Assembly: GCA_045591245.1 (NCBI GenBank)
Contig: JAZNSO010000007.1
Location: 4,621 to 68,620, forward strand
Direction of reading: 5' to 3'
DNA length: 64,000 nt
Origin: Bacteroidales bacterium
Lineage (GTDB): Bacteria; Bacteroidota; Bacteroidia; Bacteroidales; F082
Part shown: positions 56,154 to 64,000 of the stretch, in pieces
How positions within the stretch are numbered: position 1 is the stretch's first letter
Layout of the letters: every line of letters starts with the position of its first letter
Translations under genes and position numbers: made by a program
The notes under the pieces: generated by a model
Databases searched by the model: none
Told to the model about the DNA's origin: nothing
The model's input: only the letters and a program-made list of their open reading frames with translations

Positions 56154-58422
56154 ATTTACTCTTGATATATTCATCTATACCTTTAGCGGCTTTCTTACCT
56201 GCACCCATAGCGAGGATTACAGTAGCTGCTCCACTGACTGCGTCACCGCCTGCGAATACGCCTTCGCGTGTTGTCTGCATTGTGACTTCATCAGCGATAA
56301 GACATTTATGTCTGTTAGCCTCGAGTCCTTTTGTCGTACTAAGAATCAATGGATTTGGAGATGTTCCAAGCGACATGATAACCATATCAACATCAAGAAT
56401 GAAGTCTGACTTTGGTTTTTCTATCGGACTTCTACGACCTGAAGCGTCTGGTTCGCCAAGTTCCATTTCGGCACATCTCATTCCAGAGACCCAACCGAAA
56501 TCGTTTCCTAAAATTTCTTTAGGATTTGTCAGGAGAAGGAAGTTAACACCTTCTTCCTTAGCGTGATGCACTTCTTCTGCACGAGCAGGAAGTTCTTGTT
56601 CTGAACGACGATAGACGACATATACTTCTGCTCCGAGACGCAATGCTGTACGAGCAGCGTCCATAGCGACGTTACCGCCACCGGCGACAGCGACTTTCTT
56701 ACCTATATAGTTAGGTGTCTCGTAACCTTCTTTATAAGCGAACAACAAGTTGTTTCTTGTCAGGAACTCATTTGCAGAGACGACACCGCAGAGGTTTTCA
56801 CCAGGAATATTCATAAATTTAGGAAGACCTGCACCAGAACCGATAAATACAGCCTCGAAATTTTCTTCACCCATCAAATGATCGATGGTAACAGTACGAC
56901 CGATGATGACGTCTTTTTCGAACTTAGCACCGAGTTTTTTGAGGTTTTCTATTTCGTGACGAACGACAGTCTCTTTTGGAAGACGGAATGAAGGGATACC
57001 GTATGACAACACGCCGCCTAATTCGTGAAGAGCTTCAAAAACAGTAACATCGTAACCCATCATAAGGAGATCTTTTGTACAAGTAAGACCTGCTGGACCG
57101 CTACCGACGACAGCGACTTTATGTCCGTTCTTTGCACTTGGTTTCTCGAATTCCACATTGTTTTCGCGAGCCCAGTCACCGACAAAACGTTCAAGTTTAC
57201 CGATTGCGATTGGTTCGAATTTCTTACCCATCACGCAAGAACCTTCACATTGTGACTCTTGAGGGCAAACGCGGCCGCAAACTGATGGCAAGGCTGAGTT
57301 TCTGTTGATTACGCGCGCTGCATCTTCGAAATTACCTTCAGCGACGAAATGAACGAATTGAGGGATTTCAATATTGACAGGACAAGCCTTGACACATTGA
57401 GGAGTCTTACAGTTCAAGCAGCGTTGAGCTTCAATGATAGCCTCTTCTGCATCGTATCCGTAACATACTTCTTCGAAGTTCGCAGCTCTTACTTTCGGAT
57501 CTTGTTCACGGACTGGAACGCGTTTCTTGTTGTCGCGCATTTCTTCTACGATACCTCCGACATGACATTGATGACCTTCTTCTTTTTCCTCTCTTTCAAG
57601 AATCTTATGACCTTCAACGTTGTTATACATCGCCTGACGTTTCATAACGTTGTCGAAATCAACTAAAGCACCATCAAATTCCGGACCATCGACGCAGGTG
57701 AATTTTGTCTCGCCGCCGATGCTCACACGACATGCACCGCACATACCAGTGCCGTCAACCATGATTGAGTTAAGACTTACAGTGCATTTGATGCCGAGTT
57801 TTGAAGAAAGCTGTGAAACGAATTTCATCATGATGAGAGGTCCGATAGCGATAACTTCATCATATTGTTTTCCTTCATCGACAAGACGTTGCAACATTTC
57901 TGTCACAAGACCTTTATATTGTGAAGAGCCATCGTCAGTTGTCACATACAAATTAGAGATGGCATCAAGTTCTTTTTCATAAACCAGAAGACTCTTTGTT
58001 TTAGCGCCGACAATAACGTCAGCTTTAACGCCGTGTTCATACAACCATTTGACTTGTGGGTAAATAGGTGCGATACCGACACCACCGCCAACGAAAACAA
58101 ATCTCTTGTTTTTACGTTCTTCGTCGCTGAGATGAACAAACTCAGACGGTCTTCCCAAAGGACCGACAACATCAGAGAGCTTATCGCCAACATTATATTC
58201 AGCCATTTTTCTTGTTGATTTACCGATGGCTTTAAACACTATGACGATAGTACCTTTTTCAACATCATAATCGCTAATTGTCAAAGGAATACGCTCTGAT
58301 TTCTCTGTCATTTTCACGATTAAAAATTGTCCTGGCAAAGCCGATTGTGCCAAACGAGGAGCTTCTATCTCAAGCAAATAGGTTTCTTGAGCTAATTCTT
58401 CTTTTCTAACTATGGTGAACAT
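56137..58422 (-). CDS. Fused NfnA/PyrK-like FAD/[2Fe-2S] reductase + NfnB/GltD-like NADPH oxidoreductase (glutamate synthase small-chain family)
   Basis: I start it at ATG 58422 (MFTIVRKEEL). The N-terminal ~280 aa are a PyrK-like module with CGACRV...C. Next come Cys clusters CLNCKTPQCVKACP and CGRVCPQESQCEGSC. Two Rossmann motifs follow, VAVVGSGPAG and VAVAGGGNVAMD. Confidence 0.9.
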   Translation of the reverse strand: MFTIVRKEELAQETYLLEIEAPRLAQSALPGQFLIVKMTEKSERIPLTISDYDVEKGTIVIVFKAIGKSTRKMAEYNVGDKLSDVVGPLGRPSEFVHLSDEERKNKRFVFVGGGVGIAPIYPQVKWLYEHGVKADVIVGAKTKSLLVYEKELDAISNLYVTTDDGSSQYKGLVTEMLQRLVDEGKQYDEVIAIGPLIMMKFVSQLSSKLGIKCTVSLNSIMVDGTGMCGACRVSIGGETKFTCVDGPEFDGALVDFDNVMKRQAMYNNVEGHKILEREEKEEGHQCHVGGIVEEMRDNKKRVPVREQDPKVRAANFEEVCYGYDAEEAIIEAQRCLNCKTPQCVKACPVNIEIPQFVHFVAEGNFEDAARVINRNSALPSVCGRVCPQESQCEGSCVMGKKFEPIAIGKLERFVGDWARENNVEFEKPSAKNGHKVAVVGSGPAGLTCTKDLLMMGYDVTVFEALHELGGVLSYGIPSFRLPKETVVRHEIENLKKLGAKFEKDVIIGRTVTIDHLMGEENFEAVFIGSGAGLPKFMNIPGENLCGVVSANEFLTRNNLLFAYKEGYETPNYIGKKVAVAGGGNVAMDAARTALRLGAEVYVVYRRSEQELPARAEEVHHAKEEGVNFLLLTNPKEILGNDFGWVSGMRCAEMELGEPDASGRRSPIEKPKSDFILDVDMVIMSLGTSPNPLILSTTKGLEANRHKCLIADEVTMQTTREGVFAGGDAVSGAATVILAMGAGKKAAKGIDEYIKSKSTINN

Positions 58423-58803
58423 AATTAAATAATATTTTGTAAAATTAATGCTTAATGAATTTAAGCGGCAAAGGTAAGAAAAAAGTCCAAAGAGAAAAGA
58501 CAAAAATCAAAAGTTTTTTATTTAAAAAAATCTATAATTTACATTACATCTACCAGCCATATCCTGTTCAAATATTTCAAAAAAACATTGTACATGCAGT
58601 TTCTTAAAATCTTTTAACGAAACAAGCATCTTTTTAGTTAATATTCATTCACATATCATTTTTCACTCGATTTTTATGATAAAAATCATTGACAACGCTT
58701 TTAAGAAGTATTATTTTTGCAACAGGGATTCCCAATATTAATAGAAAATTAAACTCAAATAAAAACTTTGAATAATCAAGTCACATAATCCTTGATATAA
58801 TTT

Positions 58804-60720
58804 ATGAGCGAGCTGACAAGAAACATATTACAACGATATTGGGGATATTCCTCTTTCCGTCCTATGCAGGAAGACATCGTCGATTCTGTGATTGACGGAA
58901 AAGACACATTAGCGTTGCTTCCTACAGGCGGCGGCAAATCCATCTGTTTCCAAGTTCCAGCAATGACAATGGAGGGTATCTGTATCGTCATAACGCCACT
59001 CATCTCGCTTATGAAAGACCAAGTGATGCATCTCAGGAAAATTGGCATCCCAGCATCCGCTATATTCACGGGAATGCATCCCAGCGAAATAGAAGCAGCT
59101 TACAACCAAGCCGTTTTTGGAATGCTGAAGTTTCTTTATGTATCGCCCGAACGTCTTATGACAGACGCTTTCATCGAGGCTTTGAAGAAAATGAAAGTCA
59201 ATCTGCTTGCCATCGACGAGTCGCACTGCATCTCACAATGGGGTTATGACTTCCGACCACCTTATCTTAAAATAGCAGAGATAAGGAAATATATCCCGAA
59301 CACTCCCGTCATGGCTCTGACAGCGACAGCAACGCCCAAAGTCGTGGAAGACATACAATACCGTCTTGGATTCAAGAAGAACAATGTATTTCAGACGAGC
59401 TACGAGCGTAAGAATGTAACCTACAATGTGATACACGAAGCCGACAAATACGGTTTGATGTACCGTTTGCTCAGCAAGATGCATATTGGCAGTGGAATTG
59501 TCTATGTCAGAAGCCGCAAACGCACCAAGATTATAGCAGAATGGTTGCATTCGGTTGGAATAAGCGCGTCATTCTATCATGCTGGACTAGATGCAAAGAC
59601 GCGCGACCAGCGGCAACAATTATGGATGGACGGAAAGATAAAAGTTATCGTTGCCACCAATGCTTTCGGCATGGGAATTGACAAACCCGATGTTAGACTC
59701 GTCATCCATCTGGATTTACCCGACAGTCTTGAGGCTTATTTTCAAGAGGCAGGACGAGCTGGCAGAGATTTGCAACCTTCTGAAGCATTCCTTCTGGTTG
59801 CAGATACCGATATAAACAAATTAAACGAAAACCTTCAAAGTTCATATCCTGACCTTAACAAGATAAGGACAATTTACGATGCTTTGGGGAATTATCTTCA
59901 AATTCCTATAGGAGCAGGTGAAAACCAGACATATAACTTCGACATGAACGACTTTGCACAATACTACAATTTCCCTCTTATAGAAGTTTATAGCGCAATA
60001 CAACTTATTGAGCGAGAAGGCTTGTTAGCCACATCAGAAGCTCTCAATAATCCATCGAAAATCCATATAAAAGCGAACCGTGAAGATTTGTATCGCTTTC
60101 AGATTGAATACAAAGAATACGATACACTAATCAAATTTTTGTTAAGAAATTTGCCAGGTATCCTCAGCGATTTTGTCAATATAAGAGAAGAAGTGATTTC
60201 TGCCAAAACTGGAATTCCTATAGATAAAGTTTGTCGTCAGTTAAAGAACCTCGACAGCATGAACTTCATGACTTATATTCCACGTAACGACAGACCTCAG
60301 ATTCAATATATTACAGAAAGGTTAGATACCAAATATTTCACTTTATCTGACGAAATTTATAAAAACAGAAAAGAAGATGCCAGTAAGCGTGTCAAGGCTG
60401 TAATTGATTTTGTAAACAATGACGATGATTGCCGAAGCATTCAACTTCTGAGATATTTCGGCGAGAACATAAAAAAAACGTGCGGAAAATGCGATGTTTG
60501 TTCATCAAAAAATAAACTGAATATCAACAATAAAGATTACCAGGAAATCAGTGAAAGCATCATAAAGGAATTACGTGAAAGCGACAATAATGTCTATGAA
60601 ATATTAAAAAAAGTCAACAATCACCATGAAGAGAAAGTAATTCACACCATCAAATGGATGCTCGACAGCGACATTATATTGCAAAGCGATGAAGGGACTC
60701 TGAAGTTAAAGCAAACATAA
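58804..60720 (+). CDS. recQ: RecQ-family ATP-dependent DNA helicase
   Basis: LPTGGGKS Walker A, AIDESHCISQWGYDFRP (DExH), and a RecQ C-terminal region with CRSIQLLRYFGE...CGKCDVC. Confidence 0.9.
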   Translation: MSELTRNILQRYWGYSSFRPMQEDIVDSVIDGKDTLALLPTGGGKSICFQVPAMTMEGICIVITPLISLMKDQVMHLRKIGIPASAIFTGMHPSEIEAAYNQAVFGMLKFLYVSPERLMTDAFIEALKKMKVNLLAIDESHCISQWGYDFRPPYLKIAEIRKYIPNTPVMALTATATPKVVEDIQYRLGFKKNNVFQTSYERKNVTYNVIHEADKYGLMYRLLSKMHIGSGIVYVRSRKRTKIIAEWLHSVGISASFYHAGLDAKTRDQRQQLWMDGKIKVIVATNAFGMGIDKPDVRLVIHLDLPDSLEAYFQEAGRAGRDLQPSEAFLLVADTDINKLNENLQSSYPDLNKIRTIYDALGNYLQIPIGAGENQTYNFDMNDFAQYYNFPLIEVYSAIQLIEREGLLATSEALNNPSKIHIKANREDLYRFQIEYKEYDTLIKFLLRNLPGILSDFVNIREEVISAKTGIPIDKVCRQLKNLDSMNFMTYIPRNDRPQIQYITERLDTKYFTLSDEIYKNRKEDASKRVKAVIDFVNNDDDCRSIQLLRYFGENIKKTCGKCDVCSSKNKLNINNKDYQEISESIIKELRESDNNVYEILKKVNNHHEEKVIHTIKWMLDSDIILQSDEGTLKLKQT

Positions 60721-60723
60721 TCA

Positions 60724-60766
60724 CAAAAAAATGCATAACCATTACGGGAGTCCGAACAGTTATGCA
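60724..60766 (-). terminator. Rho-independent terminator of the HU gene (possibly bidirectional)
   Basis: Minus strand: TGCATAAC-N19-GTTATGCA followed by TTTTTTT, 23 nt after the HU stop. Confidence 0.55.
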
Positions 60767-60788
60767 CTAAGACTTTTTATGAATTAAA

Positions 60789-61058
60789 TTATAAACCTTT
60801 TACGAGTTCTGCACCAGCTTTAAATTTAATAACTTTTTTCTCTGGAATCATAATTTCAGCACCAGTCTTTGGGTTACGACCTTTTCTTGCCGGATGTGTG
60901 CTTGCTGAGAATGTTCCAAATCCTATCAATGAAATACGTTCTCCATTTTTCAAAGCCTCTGCTGATGCATCCATGAATGCTTCAAGAGCTTTTTTTGCCT
61001 CTACTTTTGTCATACCAGCTTTCTCTGCCATTATGCCTACTAATTCTGCTTTATTCAT
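60789..61058 (-). CDS. hup: HU-family DNA-binding protein
   Basis: 89 aa. MNKAELV...GFGTFSASTHPARKGRNPKTGAEIMIPEKKVIKFKAG. Confidence 0.95.
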   Translation of the reverse strand: MNKAELVGIMAEKAGMTKVEAKKALEAFMDASAEALKNGERISLIGFGTFSASTHPARKGRNPKTGAEIMIPEKKVIKFKAGAELVKGL

Positions 61059-61352
61059 ATTAATTTGTTTTTAATAGGTTATTAAACAATTACTTAATCA
61101 TTTCGCATACAAATCTAAATAATTATTAATGAAAAAACAAACATTTTTCTTTATTTTTTTAATAATTTTATTTATAATGACTTACGTGTTTTTTGACAAT
61201 TTTCGAAAACACTAATATTTATTAAAACTTTTGAATAATTTTCGTCTGCCTTCAAAAGGATTTCTATATCAAAAAAAAACATTTACGACAATGAAAAAGA
61301 GGTTGCAGAGAGTAAAAAGAGTACTTTTTTTCGATATAAATTCACATCTTTT

Positions 61353-61384
61353 ATAAAAAAAAGACGCCATAAATGACGTCTTTT
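61353..61384 (-). terminator. Rho-independent terminator of fmt
   Basis: Minus strand: AAAGACG-N10-CGTCTTT followed by TTTTTTT. Confidence 0.6.
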
Positions 61385-61431
61385 CAATATTTTTCAATTA
61401 ATAGATTGTAATTTAGTCCGCTAAATAACGA

Positions 61432-62394
61432 TTACTGCACTCTTAATTTTCCGTTCAATCTCGCACCTCTCAAGAAATCAGTCACCGGCATTGCTTTTTT
61501 GCCTGCTTGCTGCAAAACATTTATAGAGATACAGAAATCTTTTAACACTACTTTCAAATATGACTTTCCGTCGGTCTTGACCTGATACAATTCATCATCA
61601 GAAGATGTTTTTTCACACAAACTAACGTCAAAGATTTTCAAGTCGAGCACGTCACCGCTTTCAGCAACAAATTGTGTGTGTGCGGCAGGATAAGGCGACA
61701 AACCGCGTATGAAGTCATACACAGACTTAGCATCTTTGGTCCAGTCGATTTTGCAGTCTTCCTTGAAAATCTTAGGAGCTGGTTTCAACCGCAAATTATC
61801 TCTCTTTATTATAATTTCTTGAGACTGAGATTTAACGGTTCCATCCTCCAACATTTTTATTGTCTCCACAACAACACTGTTACCCAGTAACATAAGTTTA
61901 TCGTGGAGCGAACCAGCAGTCTCATTTTCTTCGATCGGCACCACAACTTGCTTTATAATCTCACCAGTATCTATTTCTTTATCGAGAAGGAATGTTGTAA
62001 GGCCTGTTTCTTTTTCACCATTAATAATTACATGGTTTATAGGAGCTGCACCTCTGTACTGAGGCAACAGTGATGCGTGAAGATTGAAAGTTCCCATCGA
62101 AGGCATACTCCACACGACTTCAGGCAACATTCTAAATGCCACAACCACAAATAAATCAGCATTATACGAAGATAGTTCGTCAAGAAATTCCTGCGATTTC
62201 AAGCTGACCGGCTGCATTATTGGCAATCCGTGTTTCATCGCAGTTTCTTTAACATCAGAACACTGTATCTTCTTTCCTCTTCCTGCAGGTTTGTCTGGAA
62301 CTGTAACCACAGCAGCCACTTCATAACCAGCAGCAATTATCGCATCCAATTGCGACGACGCAAATTCAGGTGTACCAAAATATACTATTTTCAT
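61432..62394 (-). CDS. fmt: Methionyl-tRNA formyltransferase
   Basis: I start it at ATG 62394 (MKIVYFGTPEFA). The longer ORF begins with TTG, and a TATATTTG -7 box (plus 62413-62420) lies within it. HASLLPQYRGAAPI motif. Confidence 0.95.
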   Translation of the reverse strand: MKIVYFGTPEFASSQLDAIIAAGYEVAAVVTVPDKPAGRGKKIQCSDVKETAMKHGLPIMQPVSLKSQEFLDELSSYNADLFVVVAFRMLPEVVWSMPSMGTFNLHASLLPQYRGAAPINHVIINGEKETGLTTFLLDKEIDTGEIIKQVVVPIEENETAGSLHDKLMLLGNSVVVETIKMLEDGTVKSQSQEIIIKRDNLRLKPAPKIFKEDCKIDWTKDAKSVYDFIRGLSPYPAAHTQFVAESGDVLDLKIFDVSLCEKTSSDDELYQVKTDGKSYLKVVLKDFCISINVLQQAGKKAMPVTDFLRGARLNGKLRVQ

Positions 62395-62432
62395 ATTGAT
62401 ATTTCTTTTTTGCAAATATAGAAAAACTAAAC

Positions 62433-63638
62433 TTAACTACAAGTCTTACATCTCAAATATTCATTTTTAGCGTATAGAATGAAAAATATAAATGAGACGA
62501 TACTTACCAAAGCAGCCATCATAAACGCGGTTCTGTACCCACCAATATGTTCAGCGACATAACCGCCGCCGATAATTCCCACACCAATGCCTAAGTCCCA
62601 GCTTGTCAATATTGTAGAATTTGCCGTTCCTCTTTGGTCGTTCGATGCCATATTCAAAAACATCGTTTGTACAGCAGGGTACGTACTTCCCTGACCGAAG
62701 CCAATGACTATCGCGGAGATATAATATCCGTACAAGTTCTGCCACAAAGCAAACATCGTATATCCAATAGCGACGACGATAACGCCGTATGTTGCATTTC
62801 GCACGACATGACCTTTGCTCAAAGAACGAACACCGACGAAACGCGACAATATCAATCCAAATGCAAAAAGCATGAAAAAAGTACCCGTTCCTGTCGTGAT
62901 ATGTAAAACATCTTGACTATAAATCGCTATATATGTAGAGAGTATGCCGTATGCCAAAGCTATCAACGCGATGCATATACCTTGACTCCAACCTTTTAAG
63001 AGAAGAAATCTATCAAGCGACATTTTCTTCTTATCCATGATTGGCGGACGATATTTACATTCCACTTTAGTATTAATGAGAAGTCCGATTAAAGCAAAAG
63101 CCAACGAGACAGCGAACAAAATATTGTAATTATTGAAACGTGTGAAAATCCACAGACTCATAACAGGACTTAAAGCCATTGCGAAATTATTGCTAAGTCC
63201 CCAATAGCCAATTCCTTCACCTCTTCTTTGAGACGGAAGCACATCGATAGCGACGGTGCTACTCGACACAGATGTCAGTCCGAAAGGCGCGCCATGCAAC
63301 GTTCTTATCACAGCGAACAGAATCAGCGAACCAGTAATATAATATCCCAAGAAAAAAAGAGCGAAGGCAGCATAGCCTATCAGCAGTATTTTTTTTCTTG
63401 GAAATCTATCGACAATATAACCGCTAAAGATTCTTATAGCGAGAGCAGCGACGCTGTAACCGCTTAACACTAAGCCAATTGTTGCCTTGTCGGCATTAAA
63501 GATATCTCTCAGGTAAAGCGGCAGAATCGGTGTCACAAAATAAAATGAAAAATAAAGCATAAAATTAGCTATCCACACTCTCAAATAATTTCCGGCGAAT
63601 AACTTAGGTTTTTCTTCCAATTCTGTTGTCTGTTCCAT
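62433..63638 (-). CDS. MFS transporter
   Basis: 401 aa, 12 TM segments, with DRFPRKK between TM2 and TM3. Confidence 0.85.
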   Translation of the reverse strand: MEQTTELEEKPKLFAGNYLRVWIANFMLYFSFYFVTPILPLYLRDIFNADKATIGLVLSGYSVAALAIRIFSGYIVDRFPRKKILLIGYAAFALFFLGYYITGSLILFAVIRTLHGAPFGLTSVSSSTVAIDVLPSQRRGEGIGYWGLSNNFAMALSPVMSLWIFTRFNNYNILFAVSLAFALIGLLINTKVECKYRPPIMDKKKMSLDRFLLLKGWSQGICIALIALAYGILSTYIAIYSQDVLHITTGTGTFFMLFAFGLILSRFVGVRSLSKGHVVRNATYGVIVVAIGYTMFALWQNLYGYYISAIVIGFGQGSTYPAVQTMFLNMASNDQRGTANSTILTSWDLGIGVGIIGGGYVAEHIGGYRTAFMMAALVSIVSFIFFILYAKNEYLRCKTCS

Positions 63639-63652
63639 AAGTAAAATACTCC

Positions 63653-63684
63653 AAAAAAAACACCCGACTCTTTCGAATCGGGCG
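63653..63684 (-). terminator. Rho-independent terminator of the TPR gene
   Basis: Minus strand: CGCCCGA-N10-UCGGGUG followed by U8. Confidence 0.6.
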
Positions 63685-63707
63685 TTAATATTTTTTAACG
63701 TTAAAAA

Positions 63708-64000
63708 TTACATTTCTGCTTGAGCTCTAGCGATATATTTTTCGATGCTGAAAGCTTCGTTGCTTGTTGGATATTCTGATTTAATTTTTTTGTATAACTC
63801 AACAGCTTTTTGGTAGTTACCTGCCATTTCGTAAGTCATACCAGATCTGAGTAAATACATTGGAGATGTGAAAGTATTTTCTGACTTAGCAGCTGCGCTT
63901 TCATAGTATTTAGCAGCTTCTGCTGTATTGCCAAGTTCTAAATTTGCATCGCCTAAAGCACCCAATGCCATTGATGAAATAATTACATCCTTACCTTTAT
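63708..64000 (-). CDS. Tetratricopeptide-repeat protein, C-terminal part (5' end beyond the window)
   Basis: The reading frame stays open upstream of the listed Met through base 64000. TPR-like ...GNTAEAAKYYESAA...AGNYQKAVELYKKIKSEYP. Confidence 0.6.
   Translation of the reverse strand, partial: KGKDVIISSMALGALGDANLELGNTAEAAKYYESAAAKSENTFTSPMYLLRSGMTYEMAGNYQKAVELYKKIKSEYPTSNEAFSIEKYIARAQAEM

Noticed and set aside
55299-58218. Plus-strand ORFs overlapping the MORN-repeat and nfnAB-like genes
   Set aside because: They are antisense to genes with clear repeat or cofactor motifs.
58423-58503. Upstream extension of the nfnAB-like ORF (and similar 5' extensions at 23294, 26097, 45289, 62415, 16463, 19791)
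   Set aside because: The extensions lack homology-like sequence. Several begin with TTG, and internal ATGs give canonical N-termini or signal peptides and tighter coupling to upstream stops.
1-64000. Search for tRNA, rRNA, transposase, integrase, phage or conjugation genes
   Set aside because: No intergenic region folds into or resembles a tRNA. No ORF shows DDE, tyrosine or serine recombinase motifs. Apart from the decayed TA module there is no sign of mobile DNA.

Overview
AT-rich chromosomal segment that looks like Bacteroidota, probably Bacteroidales. This is inferred from TAnnTTTG-type promoter boxes, short leaders, a GH97 gene, a BlaR1::TonB fusion and lipoprotein-rich operons. No database search was run; all calls come from reading the ORF track and the DNA by eye. 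Left to right the window holds: a blaI/blaR1-like sensor pair (the blaR1-like gene runs off the left edge and is missing from the ORF track); an MntA antitoxin with a decayed HepT toxin; a three-gene RND efflux operon; a Na/Pi cotransporter; a PMCA-type Ca2+ P-type ATPase preceded by six tightly packed genes for signal-peptide proteins of unknown function; a DUF4251-like gene; pepE; GH97; a MATE transporter; truA; aat. Then comes a ~25 kb run of 24 same-strand genes (25000-49901) with aryl-polyene/flexirubin-type gene content: ammonia-lyase, 3 KS plus a CLF-like protein, 2 ACP, FabG, hotdog dehydratases, thioesterase, methyltransferase, three acyltransferase functions, LolA-like, MMPL fusion, GT2, flavoprotein and B12 radical SAM. 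Directly upstream on the same strand sits a cobalamin riboswitch-btuB-btuG-like locus. The remainder is rubrerythrin, PrsW, a MORN-repeat protein, a fused NfnA/NfnB-like oxidoreductase, recQ, HU, fmt, an MFS transporter and a partial TPR gene. I saw no rRNA, tRNA, CRISPR array, transposase or integrase. The best candidates for something undescribed are: (1) the six-gene secreted-protein block that appears co-transcribed with the Ca2+ ATPase; (2) noncoding structure, namely 7-nt tandem repeats placed on stop codons at two loci and forming an inverted pair in the btuB-btuG spacer, and a hairpin family sharing a GACGYGTCRATGRC stem at two loci; (3) the non-flexirubin features of the aryl-polyene cluster.
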